A DNA stretch of 64,000 nt from Dehalococcoidia bacterium (GCA_963668185.1 OY764162.1:916754-980753); one strand, 5' to 3'; shown: positions 47,059 through 55,837, counted from the first letter of the stretch. Numbers and translations are program-made. The notes: generated from the letters alone by a model not told the origin.

Positions 47059-48205
47059 TCTGCTTGAACTTAGGCATTTCAAATGCTTCGAACTGCTAAG
47101 ACTACCTCTTAGCAGTTTGACGGTCTTATCTGGCATGAACGCCTCTGGCAAGTCGTCAGTTCTTCAGTCCATAATGCTCCTACATCAGACAATGCGCGAT
47201 CATGAATGGTCGGATCGCCTTGTATTAAACGGCCATGTAGCTCAAGTCGGCATGGTTTCCGACATAGTTGATCAGGATACTGGCCGTGGCCAATTCGAAG
47301 TTGGCCTCGGCAACACCGAAGTCGGCTGCAACTGGGTATTTGCTGGAGAACGCCGCGAAATGTCGGCCGGTTTGACACAGATTTCGATCAACGGCGCCAC
47401 AATCACCCCTCCGTCTCAGATACGATGGTTGCTACCTCTTGATGAGAAGGACGAGGTTCAGAGACTTGCGTTTAGCATTAGGGATCTGACGTATATCACG
47501 GCTGAACGAGATGGCCCACGTGAAGTGTACCCACTTCTGGACGAATATGCCGTCCGAGTGATCGGCTCTAGAGGCGAATACGCTGTCAGCACTCTGTATC
47601 ATGGGCGAGATGACCTTATCGATAATAGACTAGTGTTGGCTGACGTGGCTCCCAAGCTTTCGCGGCAAGTGGAAGCGCGACTCGATACATTCTTCCCGGG
47701 ATGCAAATTGGAGTTGCGACAGATCGAGGGCACAACCGCCGCTACCCTTAGGATACGGACTTCTGAAGCTACAGGCTTCCTACATCCAATTCACTGCGGG
47801 TTCGGCATCACTCAAGTTTTGCCAATAATCGTTGCTGTCCTGTCTGTCCGCGAATCTATGAGTAATGGCAGCCCACTCATTCTCATTGAAAATCCTGAAG
47901 TACATCTACATCCAGCCGGGCAAGCCCTGATGGGCGAGTTTCTAGCTGAAGCCGCTCACTCCGGCGTACAACTCATCATCGAAACTCATAGTGATCATGT
48001 ACTCAACGGAGTTCGCAGAACAGTCAAAACAGGGCGGATTTCGCCAGATGAAATCGCCATCCACTTTCTCCGTGACCGATTCTTGCATGAAACCCAGATA
48101 TTGAGCCCGACTCTAGATTCTTCTGGCAACATTGATGTATGGCCTGAAGGCTTCTTCGACCAGTTCGACAAGGACTTAAACTACTTTGCAGGCTGGGGCG
48201 AATGA
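47051..48205 (+). CDS. AAA ATPase of the AAA_15/21 + DUF3696 type
   Basis: ATG at 47051 overlaps the upstream stop by 8 nt. Walker A 'LSGMNASGKSS', 'YITAERDGPR', 'GFGITQVLPIIVA', 'LILIENPEVHLHPAGQ', 'IIETHSDHVLNG' and C-terminal 'VWPEGFFDQF'. Confidence 0.75.
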   Translation: MLNLLELRHFKCFELLRLPLSSLTVLSGMNASGKSSVLQSIMLLHQTMRDHEWSDRLVLNGHVAQVGMVSDIVDQDTGRGQFEVGLGNTEVGCNWVFAGERREMSAGLTQISINGATITPPSQIRWLLPLDEKDEVQRLAFSIRDLTYITAERDGPREVYPLLDEYAVRVIGSRGEYAVSTLYHGRDDLIDNRLVLADVAPKLSRQVEARLDTFFPGCKLELRQIEGTTAATLRIRTSEATGFLHPIHCGFGITQVLPIIVAVLSVRESMSNGSPLILIENPEVHLHPAGQALMGEFLAEAAHSGVQLIIETHSDHVLNGVRRTVKTGRISPDEIAIHFLRDRFLHETQILSPTLDSSGNIDVWPEGFFDQFDKDLNYFAGWGE

Positions 48206-48215
48206 CTTGGAACTA

Positions 48216-49148
48216 ATGTTGAACGAACTCTCCATACACTCGCAATTCTACAACCCAGCAGAGTTGTTAGAAGCTTTGAATAGGATCATGATAATGCGGA
48301 GCATTGCTCGCAGATTTGGCAGAGAAGTGTATTGCCACAGGAATGTTATGTTCAGGGCCGCTAGACCCGGAAGTTCCCTAATACGAATGCTGTCTTTGCT
48401 ATCTCGTGAACAACAATCTGCCGTAAAATTGTGGATAACTAGGCATGGCCCCTTTTGGGATGATGATCAGAGACACGATCAGAATGAATGGTTCGAGTGC
48501 AACAACGAACTTGTTACAGAGTATGGCATAGCCGAAGCCGCATACTGCTCAAGTATTGGACTGGATTATCGAATGGTTAGCCTCACTCCTTCGGCTTGGG
48601 AGTTCTCACCTATTACTGTGACATGGTACAAAGATGACGCAACTTATTCTGACGTCGACTTAGCAAATTACTGGGATCCGCTCACTTTAGAAGCTAGCCT
48701 GCGCCAAGTCGATCCGGCAATCGAGTCGTGGGCACAATTGGAAGCGACTTCTCGGCAGCGGTTTCAGCATCTGAATTTCACAGCGAACAGCTTCAGTTAT
48801 TTGAATGGTCAACCTTTCGCACCTGGCGCGGCGGTCAGAATTCTCAGTCGTTTTGACGTCTTGGATCGTCTTTGGAGCTACGGTCGTGAGTCCATAGAAG
48901 GACGACGATTATACAACGACCACTTCACCGGCCATAGGGCATGGTTTTCAGATTCGTCTGATAGAGAGAAACGTAGATTCAGGAAAGAACTCACATTCCC
49001 GTCGCCAGATGCTGTTGGGGAAAGCCTCTTCTGCACGTGGCATGGAAAGGTGAATAATCCTCCATATCGCATTCACTTCTCTTGGCCAGTTCCTCCAAGC
49101 GGCCGACTACATGTCGTGTATGTCGGTCTTAAGATTACCCGAGAGTGA
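48216..49148 (+). CDS. Hypothetical 310-aa protein, third gene of the island, no recognisable domain
   Basis: Long ORF with the same AT-richer composition, starting 10 nt after the ATPase stop. In-frame alternative TTG starts at 48186 and 48207. C-terminal 'FCTWHGKVNNPPYRIHFSWP....LHVVYVGLKIT'. Confidence 0.6.
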   Translation: MLNELSIHSQFYNPAELLEALNRIMIMRSIARRFGREVYCHRNVMFRAARPGSSLIRMLSLLSREQQSAVKLWITRHGPFWDDDQRHDQNEWFECNNELVTEYGIAEAAYCSSIGLDYRMVSLTPSAWEFSPITVTWYKDDATYSDVDLANYWDPLTLEASLRQVDPAIESWAQLEATSRQRFQHLNFTANSFSYLNGQPFAPGAAVRILSRFDVLDRLWSYGRESIEGRRLYNDHFTGHRAWFSDSSDREKRRFRKELTFPSPDAVGESLFCTWHGKVNNPPYRIHFSWPVPPSGRLHVVYVGLKITRE

Positions 49149-49278
49149 TTACGTGTCTTGCCAATTCATGCCATAGAGGATTTCGCCAAGTGATCAACGT
49201 GTCACAAAGAAGCCATACTACGAACATCAAGCGTTTTGGGTAATTGCTCATACCGTAGACTTATGCCAAAAGGCAACG

Positions 49279-50184
49279 ATGCGCCACCTGACCTCCACCG
49301 AACAGATCGACAGGGCCTGGATCGAAGATGTCCTCTTCCCCGCGTGCGACGCCTACCGCACAGGCGACTCGCACGCCGATTCGCTCAGGGGAAGGGCGAT
49401 CTACTGCCTGTTCTATGAACCCAGCTTCGTTACGCGCACGTCCTTCGAAAGAGCGGCCGGTATGCTCGGCGCGGACGCGCTGCATACTGAAGACGCGTCC
49501 CAGTTCTTCCCCGTCACGACCGCCAGCTACGTCGACAACGTGATCGACATGCTGGCTAGCCTGCACATAGACCTGGTCGCGCTCCGCAGCAGCGATCCCG
49601 GCGTGACGGAGACCGCCGCCGACGCCGACGCCATCCCGGTGGTCAACGCCGGCAGCGCCGTGGACCACCCGACGCAGGCGCTGACGGACGTGTACACGCT
49701 CCACCGCGAACTCGGACGGCTCGACGGGCTGCGCGTGGCGGCGGTCGGCAGGCTCGAACACCGCAACGTGAACGCGCTGCTAGTGGCGCTGTCGCTGTTC
49801 GACAACGTAAGCGTGGACCTCCTGCCCTTCAGTGGCCGCGTCGACCCCGCCGTGGAGTCGTACTGCCGCGAGCGCGGTCTCCAACTGACGCTGCTGGACG
49901 GCGCCGACGGTCTGTCGGAGGCCGATGCGGTCTATCTGAACGGCCCTCGCACCGTGGCGCACGCGCAGCTTCTCAAGTCCAGGGGCGCGTTCAACCTGCG
50001 CATCGACGACGAGTTCATGTCCCGCCTCAAGCCGGACTGCCCTGTGCTAGACCCCATGCAGCGCAGCGGCGACTTCGAGGTCGCGGTGGACGATGACAGG
50101 CTCGCGTTCTACCGGCAGGCCGAGAACTCCCTGTACGTACGGATGGCCGTGCTCGCGCAGCTGCTGGGCGGGCCGGGCGAATAG
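49279..50184 (+). CDS. Aspartate/ornithine carbamoyltransferase-family paralog with degenerate carbamoyl-phosphate site
   Basis: Alignable by eye to the pyrB in this window: 'EPSFVTRTSFE' vs '[11 protein letters not shown]', 'DHPTQALTDVYT' vs '[12 protein letters not shown]', and 'VLDPMQRSG' vs '[10 protein letters not shown]'. Confidence 0.6.
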   Translation: MRHLTSTEQIDRAWIEDVLFPACDAYRTGDSHADSLRGRAIYCLFYEPSFVTRTSFERAAGMLGADALHTEDASQFFPVTTASYVDNVIDMLASLHIDLVALRSSDPGVTETAADADAIPVVNAGSAVDHPTQALTDVYTLHRELGRLDGLRVAAVGRLEHRNVNALLVALSLFDNVSVDLLPFSGRVDPAVESYCRERGLQLTLLDGADGLSEADAVYLNGPRTVAHAQLLKSRGAFNLRIDDEFMSRLKPDCPVLDPMQRSGDFEVAVDDDRLAFYRQAENSLYVRMAVLAQLLGGPGE

Positions 50185-50195
50185 CGGGGCGCGCG

Positions 50196-51479
50196 TTGCG
50201 TCAAGTCGCCGCCGAGGCAGGCAAGCTCCCCAGGATCAGGCATCTCGCCTCGTTCCGGCACCGGGACTACCGCGCCACGTGGATCGCGTACATGATCTCC
50301 GGCTGCGCCCTCTGGACGATGATCGTCGCCAACTCCTGGCTTGTGCTGGAGAAGTCAGGCTCTTCCGGCTGGGTCGGCATCATCACCTTCGCGTCGATGA
50401 TCCCGTACCTCGTCGCCTCGCCCATCGGCGGCCTGCTCGCGGACACCTTCGACCGCCGCTCGCTCGCGCAGGCCACGTTCGTGGCGTCCACCGCGGTGAG
50501 CCTCGTGCTTGCCGTGCTCGCGGTCACGGGCGTCATCGAGCTCTGGCACGTTGCCGTGCTCGTGTTCCTCAGCGGCTGCTTCCGAACGGTACAGGAGCCG
50601 ACCATCGCCGCCCTCGTCCCGAACCAGGTTCCGCGGGAGGACCTGCTCAACGCCATCACGCTAAGCTCGGCAACGCGGCACGGCGCCCGCTTCCTCGGCC
50701 TGCTGGTGGCCGCGCCGCTCCTGGCCGTCGACTTCTTCGGCGTGAGCGGCGTGCTGTTCATGGGAGCGGCCTTCAACCTTTTCGGCGCACTGATGATGTC
50801 CAGGGTGCGCACCGTGTCGCGGGGTGTGCGCCGCCCCGGCGACAGCATGATGAGCAGCATGGTCGAAGGTCTGGCGTACATCTACACCCACAAGATGATC
50901 GCGCTCTTCATCATCATAACGGTGTTCCACTGCGCCCTCGCCATGTCGTTCGAGGCCGTGTTCCCGATCTTCACGCGCGACGAGTTGGGCGCGGCTGACG
51001 GCTCGGCGCTCGGTTACCTCGTGATGGGATTCGGGATCGGCGCGCTGGCCGGCACCGTGCTCATCGCGGGCATCCGGTCCGAGCGACTCAAGGGGCAGAT
51101 GCTGTTCCTGACCGGACTCGGCAGCGGGCTGACGCCGCTGCTCCTTGCGGTCTCCTTCAACGTCCCGATGGCGATCGCCGCGACGATTGCGATGGGATCG
51201 ACCCAGGCCACGTTCATGACGCTATCCAACACGTACGTCCAGACTCTGGCCCCGGACAGGCTGCGCGGCAGGATATCGAGCCTGTACATACTTCACGCGG
51301 GCGGCATCATGGCGTTCGGCAACCTCGGCTTCGGCTTCATCGCAGACGTCTTTTCGGCGCCGCCGTTGCTGGCGGTGACGGGCCTCATGTTCGCTGCGTT
51401 CATGCTCGTATCCGGCGCAGGCCAGGAAGGACTTCGACGGGTGTACCGCACGGGCGAAGTCGCCGCGGCGACGGCCTGA
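50196..51479 (+). CDS. MFS transporter
   Basis: 427 aa with about 12 predicted hydrophobic segments. 'FRHRDYRATWIAYMIS' N-terminal pattern and 'GGLLADTFDRR' (MFS motif A-like). Confidence 0.8.
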   Translation: MRQVAAEAGKLPRIRHLASFRHRDYRATWIAYMISGCALWTMIVANSWLVLEKSGSSGWVGIITFASMIPYLVASPIGGLLADTFDRRSLAQATFVASTAVSLVLAVLAVTGVIELWHVAVLVFLSGCFRTVQEPTIAALVPNQVPREDLLNAITLSSATRHGARFLGLLVAAPLLAVDFFGVSGVLFMGAAFNLFGALMMSRVRTVSRGVRRPGDSMMSSMVEGLAYIYTHKMIALFIIITVFHCALAMSFEAVFPIFTRDELGAADGSALGYLVMGFGIGALAGTVLIAGIRSERLKGQMLFLTGLGSGLTPLLLAVSFNVPMAIAATIAMGSTQATFMTLSNTYVQTLAPDRLRGRISSLYILHAGGIMAFGNLGFGFIADVFSAPPLLAVTGLMFAAFMLVSGAGQEGLRRVYRTGEVAAATA

Positions 51480-51480
51480 C

Positions 51481-52311
51481 GTGGGAACGAGCGCGCCGAC
51501 CGGACGAGCCGTGCGCAAGGCCGTGGTCCCGGCCGCCGGCCTCGGCACGCGCTTCCGCCCGGTCACCAGAGCGGTCCCCAAGCCGCTGCTGCCCGTCCTG
51601 GACACGCCCGCCATCGCATACGTGGTCGGCGAGGCGTTCGAGTCCGGCGTAGAGGAAGTCGCGCTGATCGTATCCCCCGGCCACGAGGCCATAGGCCGCT
51701 ATTTCGAGGACGGCCCGGAAATAGCCAAAGTTTCAACGGTCGTCCAGCGCCATCCGCGCGGAGTCGGCCACGCCGTCTTGCAGGCCCGCGAGTTCGTGGG
51801 CGATGAGCCGTTTGCCGTGCTGCTGCCGGACGACCTGTTCTGGGCGCCGAGGCCGGCCCTCTCATACCTGATCGACGACTACAAACGGTTCGGAGAAAGC
51901 GTCATCGTGGTCGAGGAGGTCGCCGACGAGCGTATCCCATCTTTCGGAATAATCGAACCCGTGCCGTTGGAGGAAGACCTGTTTGAGGTGCGCTCGATGG
52001 TCGAAAAGCCACGACTCGAAGACGCTCCGTCCAACCTCGCCGCCATCGGACGCTACGTGCTCACCCCGGACATCTTCGACATCCTGAACGGCCTCCCGCC
52101 GGGAGCAAACGAAGAGATACAGCTAACCGACGCAATCGCCGCGCAGCTAACCCGCCGCCGCGTCCTCGCCAGGCTCGTGCCCGGCGCGCACGTCGACGCC
52201 GGCACGCCCGTCGGCCTCCTGCGGGCCTCCGTCCACGAAGCCCTCCGCCGCAAAGACATCTCCGAAACGGTCAGACAACTACTTCAGGAAGAACTTCCCC
52301 AACTGGACTGA
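51481..52311 (+). CDS. galU: UTP--glucose-1-phosphate uridylyltransferase
   Basis: GTG start. 'KAVVPAAGLGTRFRPVTRAVPKPLLPV', 'PRGVGHAV' and 'AIGRYVLTPDIF'. Confidence 0.85.
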   Translation: MGTSAPTGRAVRKAVVPAAGLGTRFRPVTRAVPKPLLPVLDTPAIAYVVGEAFESGVEEVALIVSPGHEAIGRYFEDGPEIAKVSTVVQRHPRGVGHAVLQAREFVGDEPFAVLLPDDLFWAPRPALSYLIDDYKRFGESVIVVEEVADERIPSFGIIEPVPLEEDLFEVRSMVEKPRLEDAPSNLAAIGRYVLTPDIFDILNGLPPGANEEIQLTDAIAAQLTRRRVLARLVPGAHVDAGTPVGLLRASVHEALRRKDISETVRQLLQEELPQLD

Positions 52312-53563
52312 TCGACTCCAGACGCGCCTTCACCGCCTGCAGGAACGCGCCCGCCTCCGCGCCGTCCATGATCCGGTGATCGAACGTCAGCCCGAGATTC
52401 ATGACAGACCGTATCGCTATCCCGTCGCCCACGACCACCGGCCGCTTCACGATCGCCTCCGTCGCCAGTATCGCGGCCTGCGGCGGGTTGACCAGCGGAC
52501 GCGAGGCCACCGAACCCAGCGCGCCCGTGTTGTTCACCGTGAACGTCCCGCCCTGCACGTCCGCCAACTCCAGCCTGCCCGCCCGCGCCCGCTTGATCAG
52601 CAAATCGAGTCGCTGGGCAATCGCCGAGACGTTGAGCCTGTCGGCCCCGTGCACGATCGGCACCATCAGCCCTTCCGGCGCGGCCACCGCAACGCCAACA
52701 TTGACCTCACGGTGCAGCGCGATCCCGTCCTCATCCCACGACGAGTTCAGCAACGGATGCTCCTTGAGACACGCCGCAGCCGCGGCCACGAAGAACGGCA
52801 GAAACGTAAGTCCCGCGCCGGTGCGCTCCAGAAACTCCGCCTTCAGCCCCTCCCGCACTGCCACCAGTCCGGAAACGTCCGCCTCCACCATCGACCACGC
52901 CTGCGGTATCTCCGACGCGCTCCGCGCCATGTTCGCCGCGATCATCCGGCGCACCGGCGTAATCGCCAAGCGCTCGGCCCGTTCATTGGCCCCGTCCCCA
53001 GACCGCGCCGCGCCGTGTTCCGCCGCCGAGAACTCGCCCGCCTCCACGACGCCGCGCACGTCCTGGAGCGTGACCCGCCCGCCCATGCCGGTCCCGGCCA
53101 CGCGCGCCAGGTCCACGCCGTGCTGCGCTGCCAGCCGCCGCACCGCCGGCGAGTAGCGCTGCCTGGGCTGACGCGGCGCGGGCGTCGCGTCGTCCGTCGC
53201 CATCGGCACGCCGCCCGAGCCGGTCGGCCCAACCGGCGCCGCGTCCGCGACGTACGTCCCCAGCGTGTCGATGCCCTGCGTCTCCGCCTGCTCGTCCGCC
53301 GCCGGGCCTGCGGACTCCGCCGCGTCTTCGCCGTCCGCCGCCATCTCGGCTATCGCCGCGCCCATCGGGACCGTGTCCCCTTCCTGCGCCAGGATCCTCG
53401 TAAGCACTCCGGACGCGGGCGACGGAAACTCCATGTTCACCTTGTCCGTGACCACCTCGACCAGCGGATCGTACTTCTCCACCCGCTCGCCGACCGACTT
53501 CAGCCACTTGCCGATCATGCCCTCGGTAACAGACTCCCCAACCTGCGGCAACTCGATTCTCAC
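52271..53563 (-). CDS. Dihydrolipoamide acyltransferase (E2) of a 2-oxoacid dehydrogenase complex
   Basis: Lipoyl domain 'VEVVTDKVNMEFPSP', a peripheral subunit-binding domain 'SPAVRRLAAQHGVDL' and catalytic 'LTFDHRIMDGA'. Confidence 0.9.
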   Translation of the reverse strand: MRIELPQVGESVTEGMIGKWLKSVGERVEKYDPLVEVVTDKVNMEFPSPASGVLTRILAQEGDTVPMGAAIAEMAADGEDAAESAGPAADEQAETQGIDTLGTYVADAAPVGPTGSGGVPMATDDATPAPRQPRQRYSPAVRRLAAQHGVDLARVAGTGMGGRVTLQDVRGVVEAGEFSAAEHGAARSGDGANERAERLAITPVRRMIAANMARSASEIPQAWSMVEADVSGLVAVREGLKAEFLERTGAGLTFLPFFVAAAAACLKEHPLLNSSWDEDGIALHREVNVGVAVAAPEGLMVPIVHGADRLNVSAIAQRLDLLIKRARAGRLELADVQGGTFTVNNTGALGSVASRPLVNPPQAAILATEAIVKRPVVVGDGIAIRSVMNLGLTFDHRIMDGAEAGAFLQAVKARLESISPVGEVLPEVVV

Positions 53564-53651
53564 TGGATCACTCCACCATCAACACAACCCGCTCGTCCTG
53601 ACCACGTAACTCCGTTCGTCCTGAGCCTGTCGAAGGACAAACCACACGCCA

Positions 53652-54635
53652 TCAATACGCCGCCAGCCGCCGGGCCGCGTCCGCGATGTCCTCCGGGCTC
53701 ACCATGAACATGCCCTCCAGAGGCGGGCTGAACGGCATCGCCGGCACGTCCGGCCCGGCCAGCCTGACCACCGGGCCGTCCAGGTACTCGAACGCCTCCT
53801 CCGCGATCACCGCCGCCACCTCCGCGCCGACGCCCAGGAACTTGTTGTCCTCGTACACCACCATCGCCTTGCCCGTGCGCCGGACAGACTCCAGCGCCGT
53901 CTCCGTGTCCATAGGCCGCACCGTCTGGAGGTCTATCAGTTCCACCGATATCCCCTCGTCCGCCAGCGTGCGAGCCGCCTGCGCGCAGTGGTGCACCATC
54001 AGCCCGTACGTGATCATCGTCAGGTCGTCGCCCGCCAGCTTCACGTCCGCCCTGCCCAGCGGCAGCGTGTACTCCGCGTCCGGCACCTCGCCCTTAACAA
54101 GCCGGTACGTCCGCTTGTGCTCCAGGAACACCACCGGATCGTCGTCCCTGATCGCGCTCTTAAGCAGGCCCTTCGCGTCGTACGGCGTCCCCGGCATGAC
54201 CACCTTGAGCCCCGGCGCCTGCGCGAACGCCGCCTCCACGCTCTGCGAGTGGTACAGCCCGCCCCGGACTCCGCCCCCGTACGGCGCCCTCAGCACCATC
54301 GGCACGCTCACGTTCCCGTTCGTCCCGTACCTCGCCCGCGACGCCTCGCCCACGATCTGGTTCATCGTCGGCCAGATGAAGTCCGCGAACTCGATCTCCG
54401 CGATCGGCCTCATCCCGCACATCGCCGCTCCCACCGCGATGCCGGCGATAGACGACTCCGCGATCGGCGTGTCGATAACCCTTGCCTCGCCGAACTCCTC
54501 CAGGAACCCGTCCGTCGCCAGAAACACGCCGCCCCTCTTGCCGATGTCCTCGCCCAGCACGAACACGTCGTCGTCCCGCCGCATCTCCTCCAGCATCGCG
54601 TCGCGTATGGCCTCCAGGACGTTCCGCTCCGCTAT
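53652..54635 (-). CDS. 2-oxoacid dehydrogenase E1 component beta subunit (start codon non-canonical or affected by an indel)
   Basis: Homology clearly begins 13 codons upstream of the first ATG ('IAERNVLEAIRDAMLEEMRRDDDVFVLGEDIG'). The only well-placed codon is ATA at 54635-54633, with GGAGG 6 nt upstream and overlapping the E1-alpha TAG. Confidence 0.85.
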   Translation of the reverse strand: MAERNVLEAIRDAMLEEMRRDDDVFVLGEDIGKRGGVFLATDGFLEEFGEARVIDTPIAESSIAGIAVGAAMCGMRPIAEIEFADFIWPTMNQIVGEASRARYGTNGNVSVPMVLRAPYGGGVRGGLYHSQSVEAAFAQAPGLKVVMPGTPYDAKGLLKSAIRDDDPVVFLEHKRTYRLVKGEVPDAEYTLPLGRADVKLAGDDLTMITYGLMVHHCAQAARTLADEGISVELIDLQTVRPMDTETALESVRRTGKAMVVYEDNKFLGVGAEVAAVIAEEAFEYLDGPVVRLAGPDVPAMPFSPPLEGMFMVSPEDIADAARRLAAY

Positions 54636-55837
54636 GGCGCACCTCCCCCAGGCGCGGCGTAGCCTTCCGGTCCCTTCCCCAGTCTGCTGGAAGAAGTAGA
54701 GCCTCGTTCCTCTGATCCCTTCCCCAGTCTGCTGGAAGAAGTAGAGCCTCGTTCCTCTGATCCCTTCCCCAGTCTGCTGGGGAAGGTTAGGATGGGGCCC
54801 CCCGGCGCATACACATGGTCCCCGAACGTGTCCGTCGACGGGTACCCCGCCGACTCCACGAAGTCCGTCGCCTCGTTCACCTGCCGCACCGCGTCAGCCC
54901 GCATCTCCTCGTCCCGCGCCGCGCTCAGCACGCCGTCCGCGGCCAGCCGTTCGCGGAGCAGCGTCAGCGGGTCGTGCAGGCGCGCCAGGCCAAGCTCCTC
55001 CTCGGACCTGTACCGGCTGTCGTCATCGTCGCTCGTGTGCGGCAGGTACCGCTCCACGCGCGCCTCGATGACCGTCGCCCCGTCCCCCGCCCTCGCGCGC
55101 TCCGCCGCCTCCCGCGTCACGCCGTACACCGCCGCCGGGTCCGTGCCGTCAACCCGCTCGTACGCCAGCCCGTACCCCTCCGTCCGCGCGGACAGATCGC
55201 CCACGGCCATCTGGAGCGATATTGGCACCGAGATCGCGTAACGGTTGTTCTCGTAGAAGAAGATGAGCGGCAGCTTGTGCACGCCCGCGAAGTTCATCGC
55301 CTCGTGGCAATCGCCCGTGCTCGTCGCTCCGTCCCCGAAGTACGTGATCGTGACCGCGCCGTCGCCCCTGATCTTCGACACGAGCGCCGAGCCCGCCGCC
55401 TGCGGTATCTGCGTGCCCACCACGTTCGACAGGTTGAACAACTTCCCCTCGGGGAAGTAGCCCTGCGACGGGAACTGCCGGCCGCCGCTCAGAGGCTCGC
55501 CCTCCTTGCCCATGTACCCGAGCATGATCTCCGTCGGCGTCAGCCCGAGGTGCAACTGCACCGCGAGGTCCCGGTAGTAGATGAAGAACCGGTCCACCCC
55601 GCGCCGCAGCGCGCTCGCGCTCCCCAACTGCGCCGCCTCGTGCCCCTGCGCCGACGCCACGATCGCCGCCTTGCCCTGCCGGTTCAGCATCCAGATGCGC
55701 TCGTCCAGCGTGCGGCACAGCGCCATCTCGCGGTAGATGTCCAGAAGCTGCGCGTGCGTCGGCGCGAAGCCGCCCGCCGTCGGGCCGGTCTGTACGGTCG
55801 TAATGCCGCCGTCCTCAGAATCTGTCACAACGCGCAA
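54632..55837 (-). CDS. 2-oxoacid dehydrogenase E1 component alpha subunit (TPP-dependent) with a REP-encoded C-terminal tail
   Basis: 'YFGDGATSTGDCHEAMNFA' (TPP motif) and 'YRSEEE'. The last ~55 aa ('PSRLGKGSEERGSTSSSRLGKGSEERGSTSSSRLGKGPEG...') are translated from tandem REP copies. Confidence 0.9.
   Translation of the reverse strand: MRVVTDSEDGGITTVQTGPTAGGFAPTHAQLLDIYREMALCRTLDERIWMLNRQGKAAIVASAQGHEAAQLGSASALRRGVDRFFIYYRDLAVQLHLGLTPTEIMLGYMGKEGEPLSGGRQFPSQGYFPEGKLFNLSNVVGTQIPQAAGSALVSKIRGDGAVTITYFGDGATSTGDCHEAMNFAGVHKLPLIFFYENNRYAISVPISLQMAVGDLSARTEGYGLAYERVDGTDPAAVYGVTREAAERARAGDGATVIEARVERYLPHTSDDDDSRYRSEEELGLARLHDPLTLLRERLAADGVLSAARDEEMRADAVRQVNEATDFVESAGYPSTDTFGDHVYAPGGPILTFPSRLGKGSEERGSTSSSRLGKGSEERGSTSSSRLGKGPEGYAAPGGGAP
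54672..54797. repeat. 2.8 tandem copies of a 45-bp family-C REP variant inside the 3' end of the E1-alpha ORF
   Basis: Unit cccttccccagtctgctggaagaagtagagcctcgttcctctgat at 54672-54716 and 54717-54761. The third copy (54762-54797) reverts to the common cccttccccagtctgctggggaaggttaggatgggg. Confidence 0.9.
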
